A stretch of DNA of 29,823 nucleotides from a virus. Taxonomy: Duplodnaviria; Caudoviricetes. The position numbers and the translations under genes are program-made. The first letter of the stretch is position 1, and each line of letters starts with the position of its first letter. A model generated the notes under the pieces. The model was not told the DNA's origin and ran no database searches. It saw only the letters and a program-made list of their open reading frames with translations. The DNA is taken from positions 1-29,823 of IMG/VR virus record IMGVR_UViG_3300030095_005266; one strand, written 5' to 3'. Shown here piece by piece: positions 25,155 through 29,823 of the stretch.

Positions 25155-26517
25155 ACAAACGATCTTGACAAATTTGATCTATAATGAAGACTATACAAGA
25201 AAGGTGCTACCCTTCATCAGAGGTGATTATTTCTCTGACAGGACAGAACGAACTGTCTTTGAGGAAATACAGAAGTTCGTAGATAAATACAATGACCTAC
25301 CAAACCAGAACGCTCTAGAGGTGGAACTGGATAGTCGCAGTGACTTGAATGAGGATGACTACAAACGAGTATTATCAGTGGTCAAGGAGCTTGAGAAGGA
25401 CGATAATGCGAACTTTGATTGGTTAGTAGAGACAACAGAAGATTTTTGTAAGGATAAGGCGGTATACAATGCAATTGTGGATGGGATTAAAATTATTGAT
25501 GGAAAGGATAAAGCTAGAGGCGTCGATGCTCTTCCAAGTATTCTTACAGAAGCCTTGGCTGTTGGTTTTGATAACCGTATTGGTCATGATTACCTATGTG
25601 ATGCAGAATCTCGCTTTGAGTTCTATCACAAGGTAGAGGAGAAGATACCATTTGATCTGGACTTCTTCAATCGTATAACCAAGGGTGGATTACCACAGAA
25701 GACACTGAACATTGCTCTTGCAGGCACTGGTGTTGGTAAATCTCTGTTCATGTGTCATATGGCAGCAAACTGTCTAAGTCAAGGTAGAAGCGTCCTATAC
25801 ATCACTCTAGAGATGGCAGAGGAGCGTATAGCTGAACGCATTGATGCAAACCTCATGAACATCTCTATAGATGACTTACACGAATTACCCAAGCAGATGT
25901 ATGATGACAAGATGAAGGCCATTGAACAGAAGACCAATGGACAACTCATCATCAAAGAGTATCCTACTGCATCAGCACATAGTAACCACTTTCGAGGATT
26001 GATTAAGGAACTTGCAATCAAGAGGTCATTCAAACCAGATATTATCTTTGTGGATTATCTAAATATATGTGCATCATCACGATTTAAGGCGAATGGAAAT
26101 GTCAACAGTTACATGTATATTAAAGCGATTGCAGAGGAACTTAGAGGCCTTGCAGTTGAGACTAATGTCCCTATTATGTCGGCTACACAGACCACAAGGA
26201 GCGGGTTCTCCAATAGTGATGTGGGGTTGGAAGATACTTCAGAATCTTTTGGTCTGCCTGCTACGGCTGACCTCATGTTTGCGCTCATTAGTAACGAAGA
26301 GCTTGACGAACTAAACCAGATTGCGGTGAAGCAACTCAAGAACCGATACAATGACCCTACCACCAACAAAAGATTCGTTGTGGGTATTGACAGAGCGAAG
26401 ATGAAGTTGTATGATGTAGAGGATGGACAACAAAATGGCCTCGCAGATTCTAATCAGAAAGCATTTGCAGAGCCAGTGTTCGACAACACAGATTTCGGTG
26501 ATGATTGGAAGTTGTGA
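25141..26517 (+). CDS. gp41: replicative helicase gp41
   Basis: LAGTGVGKSLFMCH, YITLEMAEERIAERIDAN, IFVDYLNIC, SATQTTRSG, SESFGLPATAD, QLKNRY. Confidence 0.97.
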   Translation: MTTIEQTILTNLIYNEDYTRKVLPFIRGDYFSDRTERTVFEEIQKFVDKYNDLPNQNALEVELDSRSDLNEDDYKRVLSVVKELEKDDNANFDWLVETTEDFCKDKAVYNAIVDGIKIIDGKDKARGVDALPSILTEALAVGFDNRIGHDYLCDAESRFEFYHKVEEKIPFDLDFFNRITKGGLPQKTLNIALAGTGVGKSLFMCHMAANCLSQGRSVLYITLEMAEERIAERIDANLMNISIDDLHELPKQMYDDKMKAIEQKTNGQLIIKEYPTASAHSNHFRGLIKELAIKRSFKPDIIFVDYLNICASSRFKANGNVNSYMYIKAIAEELRGLAVETNVPIMSATQTTRSGFSNSDVGLEDTSESFGLPATADLMFALISNEELDELNQIAVKQLKNRYNDPTTNKRFVVGIDRAKMKLYDVEDGQQNGLADSNQKAFAEPVFDNTDFGDDWKL

Positions 26518-26518
26518 T

Positions 26519-27091
26519 ATGGACAGTAGATTAGATATATACGATAATGTTCTAGAGGACCATATTGCAGAATTGATTTTTATGCAAATGAAAGATGTGT
26601 ATTGGAAGTATGACTACGATTCTAAAAAGGGTGGGGTCAATAAACACTGGCATGTCTTTTGTGGTGAGACAGAAGAACAAACCATAGAGAATGGTTTTGA
26701 TTGGTTGGTGCAGTTGTGGCAAACTATCTTTTACAAATATGATTTTAAGAACACCTACACTATTGAAAGATTCAAACGCATATACTTGAACGCACATACT
26801 CACGGTATAGAGCCACATGAACATACAGATGATGGTGACTTTACCATGATATACTATCCCCGATTAGATTGGAAAAAAGATTGGGGTGGTGGAACAGTTG
26901 TCGGTGATGAACTAGTTCCATATGTTGGAAATAGGCTTATTGTCTTTAATGCAAAGACACCACACCAAGCGATGCCAGTGTCTCGTCAGTGTTATGAGTT
27001 GAGAAGTGTTATAGTGTTTAAGTGTTATGTTCAATTGGATACAAGTAAGTTACCAAAGTATGAAAAACAAATACTTCATGAGGTTGTGTGA
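26519..27091 (+). CDS. 2OG-Fe(II) oxygenase
   Basis: HEHTDDG, TMIYY...W..DWGGGT, NRLIVF....PHQA, R.VIVFK. Confidence 0.88.
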   Translation: MDSRLDIYDNVLEDHIAELIFMQMKDVYWKYDYDSKKGGVNKHWHVFCGETEEQTIENGFDWLVQLWQTIFYKYDFKNTYTIERFKRIYLNAHTHGIEPHEHTDDGDFTMIYYPRLDWKKDWGGGTVVGDELVPYVGNRLIVFNAKTPHQAMPVSRQCYELRSVIVFKCYVQLDTSKLPKYEKQILHEVV

Positions 27092-27098
27092 GATAAAA

Positions 27099-27218
27099 AT
27101 GTATGAATTAAAAGTAAAAAACGGAACATATAGATCAGATACTTTATTTTCATTAATGTGGGTTGTATTTTCTCACAGGCTACATCATTGGAAAAAGGGT
27201 GAGGGGTTCGTAGATTAA
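27099..27218 (+). CDS. 39-aa mini-protein (MYELKVKNGTYRSDTLFSLMWVVFSHRLHHWKKGEGFVD)
   Basis: Start moved to ATG 27099; TAATG coupling to gene 62. Confidence 0.65.
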   Translation: MYELKVKNGTYRSDTLFSLMWVVFSHRLHHWKKGEGFVD

Positions 27219-27613
27219 TGTATGAACTAAAAGACTACTTAAATGCGGTAAACCACACCAAAGAACCTCTCATGGATACAGAGGATGAACAATGGGAGAA
27301 GAAATATCCGCCTTTCATTGTCAATAAGTGTCTTGCACCATTTCAAGACACAATCATGCTTGTGAATGAGATAAACCAGTTACACCATCTGGACAAGAAA
27401 CTGCAATATGATTTTTTACTAAATAGTCTACGAACAAGGAAAAGATACACTCCTTGGGTGAAGGCGATGAAATTAGAGAATCTAGAGTATGTTAAAGAGT
27501 TCTATGGTTACAACAATGAAAAAGCAAAGGTTGCTCTTGATATACTTACTGATGAACAGATTTCTGCCATAAAACAAAAAATGAATAAAGGCGGAAGAGA
27601 TGGAAGAAATTAA
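27218..27613 (+). CDS. gp62: clamp loader small subunit gp62
   Basis: LKDYLNAVN.TK, YPPFIVNKCL, LQYDFLLNSLR.RKR..PW.K, VKEFYGYN.EKA..AL.IL. Confidence 0.93.
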   Translation: MYELKDYLNAVNHTKEPLMDTEDEQWEKKYPPFIVNKCLAPFQDTIMLVNEINQLHHLDKKLQYDFLLNSLRTRKRYTPWVKAMKLENLEYVKEFYGYNNEKAKVALDILTDEQISAIKQKMNKGGRDGRN

Positions 27614-28004
27614 TTGGACACAAGAACAACTACTAGAGGTCGGGCTCGGTGAACCAGATGACTTTTTGAAAGTGAGAGAGACACTTTCTCGTATCGGCGT
27701 TGCTTCAAGAAAAGAAAGAAAACTGTACCAATCCTGTCACATTCTTCATAAACAGGGTAAATACTATATTGTGCATTTCAAGGAGTTGTTTGCCCTTGAT
27801 GGTAAGAAGACAAATATAACAATCAATGACATGGCAAGAAGAAACACGATTGCAATCCTCTTACGAGATTGGGGCTTGATTAGTATATTGAGTGATGTGG
27901 TACATGAACCAGCACCTTTAAGTCAGATAAAGGTTCTTGCATATAAAGAGAAGGGTGAGTGGACCTTGGAGACAAAATACAATATTGGTAAAAAGAGGGA
28001 ATAG
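27600..28004 (+). CDS. regA: translational repressor RegA
   Basis: PDDFLKVRETLSRIGVAS, LYQSCHILHKQGKYYIVHFKELFALDG. Confidence 0.97.
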   Translation: MEEINWTQEQLLEVGLGEPDDFLKVRETLSRIGVASRKERKLYQSCHILHKQGKYYIVHFKELFALDGKKTNITINDMARRNTIAILLRDWGLISILSDVVHEPAPLSQIKVLAYKEKGEWTLETKYNIGKKRE

Positions 28005-28008
28005 AGCC

Positions 28009-29094
28009 TTGGAAAACTTCAAGTCATTTATCACAGAGGAAGAGGACAAGGATGAACCCTACAAATTATTGATTCTGTCTAGTCATGACCCACATGACCC
28101 AAATGTAACTGGTCCTTTGATTCGCAAGAAAGCATCAGAGTTGGGTATTGAAGTTTTTCTTGCAGAGTTCAATGGTATGTATATGGAAGACAAGGGGAAG
28201 GACCAACTGGTATATTCTTTTCCTGTGGATGAAGAAGGTGCCTATGAACCGCCTGGCATGAAAGATGATGGTGTCAAGTATGATAAACCTTTTCGTATAA
28301 ATCCAGAAAACACATTGGTCATGTCTAGGGGCACTGGAGTAGGTGCTAAGACAGGTAATATGTCTTGGCGTGTCGCTTGCATTAATCTGGAAAGTCAGGG
28401 ATATACTTTGATTAATCCGATTGAGTGTCACGATATTTGTATTGACAAATGGTATAATCAGATAGTCTTTAAGAAAGAGGGTATTCGGACGCCAAAAACA
28501 GTCTTGGTTCGACATTCAGAGGGTGCCAAGGAAGCAGCAGAGAGACTTGGTGGTAAGTTTCCAATGATACTCAAGACCGCTGTAGGCTCTAGAGGTGTTG
28601 GTGTTATTTGGGTTGAGAGTCTAAAGTCTCTTCATAGTATTGTTCAACTACTCTACAGAGAGGATGAGTTTGTTGATGTCATTCTTCAAGAGTATATAAA
28701 AACAGACTATGATGTTCGTGTTATTATTGCAGCGGGCAAAATTATGGGTGCAATGAAAAGACCAGTTGTTGGTGATGATTTTCGTAGTAATGTGTCACAG
28801 GGGTCAGAACCAGAAGTGTATGAACTAACAGAGATAGAGGCAGAGCAATCTCTTCGAGCGGCAGAGTCAGTTAAAGGCCAACTTGTTGGTGTTGATTTTA
28901 TTCCTGCAAAGAATAGAGATAAGGAAAGTCCTTATTTTATCGAGGTTAACTCTACGCCAGGTCTTTTAGGCATTGAAGCAGTGCTTTCTAAAACTAAAGC
29001 AAAACCGGCCAAACATGTTATGAAAAACGAGGGAATTAAAAGTATCACCAAAGAAATCTTACAACTATACATGAATCGTGACAATTGGTCTTGA
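28009..29094 (+). CDS. RimK-family ATP-grasp ligase
   Basis: DKW, TPKT, FPMILK..GSRGVGV, ILQEYI, DVRV, DFRSNV.QG, GVDF, IEVNSTPG; TTG start at 28009 with GAGGGA SD. Confidence 0.9.
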   Translation: MENFKSFITEEEDKDEPYKLLILSSHDPHDPNVTGPLIRKKASELGIEVFLAEFNGMYMEDKGKDQLVYSFPVDEEGAYEPPGMKDDGVKYDKPFRINPENTLVMSRGTGVGAKTGNMSWRVACINLESQGYTLINPIECHDICIDKWYNQIVFKKEGIRTPKTVLVRHSEGAKEAAERLGGKFPMILKTAVGSRGVGVIWVESLKSLHSIVQLLYREDEFVDVILQEYIKTDYDVRVIIAAGKIMGAMKRPVVGDDFRSNVSQGSEPEVYELTEIEAEQSLRAAESVKGQLVGVDFIPAKNRDKESPYFIEVNSTPGLLGIEAVLSKTKAKPAKHVMKNEGIKSITKEILQLYMNRDNWS

Positions 29095-29119
29095 CAAAAA
29101 ACTACAAAGGTGATACAGT
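29091..29119 (+). promoter_or_regulatory. sigma70-like promoter for gene 43
   Basis: TTGACA 29091-29096, 17 nt, TACAGT 29114-29119 with TG extension. Confidence 0.7.
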
Positions 29120-29125
29120 CTTATA

Positions 29126-29823
29126 ATGAACTTCTATACAAATGTTATTCAGCGTGGCAACTCTCTTTTAGTCAGAGGTGTCGAGGATAGTCAGAGAGTA
29201 TCCAAGCGAGTCAACTACGAACCCACACTATTCAACAAAGTCACAGAGGATACAGGATACAAGACACTTGATGGTCAGCATGTTCTTCCTAAACACTTTC
29301 ACTCCATAAAGGAAGCAAAGGCTTGGGTTGAACAGAGAGAAAATCAAGACATTATATTTGGTAACACTCAATACCCATATTGTTATATCAGTGATGAGTA
29401 TCCGAATGATGTGCCGTGGGACAAGGACCAAATCCTCATTGTGACCATTGATATTGAGGTGGAGTGCGAGAACGGCTTTCCTAATCCACAGGATGCCGCT
29501 GAACCACTACTATCAATCACAATGAAGAACCACCAGAACAAAAAGATTGTTGTCTGGGGTCTTCATGAGTTTCAGAACAATCGTGACGATGTGGACTATC
29601 GCCTGTGCAAAGATGAGGATGACTTGCTCATTAAGTTTCTTGATGAGTGGCGTATGATATACCCAGACATTATCACCGGCTGGAACACAGAGTTTTTTGA
29701 TATCCCCTACATCTGCAACCGCATCAACAACCTATTTGGTGAAGAGTTCATGCACAAGCTATCACCTTGGAATAATGTGTTTGCCAGAGAAGTCTATCAG
29801 ATGGGACGCAAGCATCAGGTCTA
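29126..29823 (+). CDS. gp43: family B DNA polymerase gp43, 3'-truncated by window edge
   Basis: Read manually: MNFYTNV...YEPTLF; ExoI TIDIEVECENGFP; ExoII DIITGWNTEFFDIPYICNRI. Confidence 0.95.
   Translation, partial: MNFYTNVIQRGNSLLVRGVEDSQRVSKRVNYEPTLFNKVTEDTGYKTLDGQHVLPKHFHSIKEAKAWVEQRENQDIIFGNTQYPYCYISDEYPNDVPWDKDQILIVTIDIEVECENGFPNPQDAAEPLLSITMKNHQNKKIVVWGLHEFQNNRDDVDYRLCKDEDDLLIKFLDEWRMIYPDIITGWNTEFFDIPYICNRINNLFGEEFMHKLSPWNNVFAREVYQMGRKHQV

Noticed and set aside
25141-29823. Introns or inteins in gene 41 or the visible part of gene 43; stop-codon reassignment
   Set aside because: Frames are continuous with expected sizes; TAA, TAG and TGA all end recognisable genes.

Overview
A 29.8-kb, AT-rich segment of a T4-like (Tevenvirinae/Kyanoviridae-type) marine myophage genome, standard genetic code. 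Recognisable core genes: phoH, lysozyme, PD-(D/E)XK exonuclease, gp33, thyX, gp32, a minus-strand tail block (gp4, gp2, gp54-like, gp26-like, gp51-like, tape-measure-like), gp48, gp53, a hub protein, gp40-like, gp41, gp62, regA and the 5' part of gp43. Accessory genes include four 2OG-Fe(II) oxygenases, an IscA/HesB protein, a zeta-like kinase, a RimK-like ligase, an SNase, a DenV-like glycosylase and an HNH nuclease. RNA genes are tRNA-Ala(TGC), tRNA-Thr(TGT) and a circularly permuted two-piece tmRNA of alphaproteobacterial type, which points to an alphaproteobacterial host. Most notable: (1) the tmRNA intervening segment carries small ORFs, including a 38-aa membrane peptide; (2) a P2 E/E'-like T TTT TTT G slippery site predicts a -1 frameshift fusing gp26-like to a start-less gp51-like ORF upstream of the tape-measure gene; (3) a late-promoter-driven, double-pseudoknot candidate RNA sits before phoH; (4) two enzymes have T4 internal-protein-like capsid-targeting N-termini; (5) two mini-ORFs duplicate the first ~16 nt of the gene behind them. 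All calls are by eye; no database searches were run.
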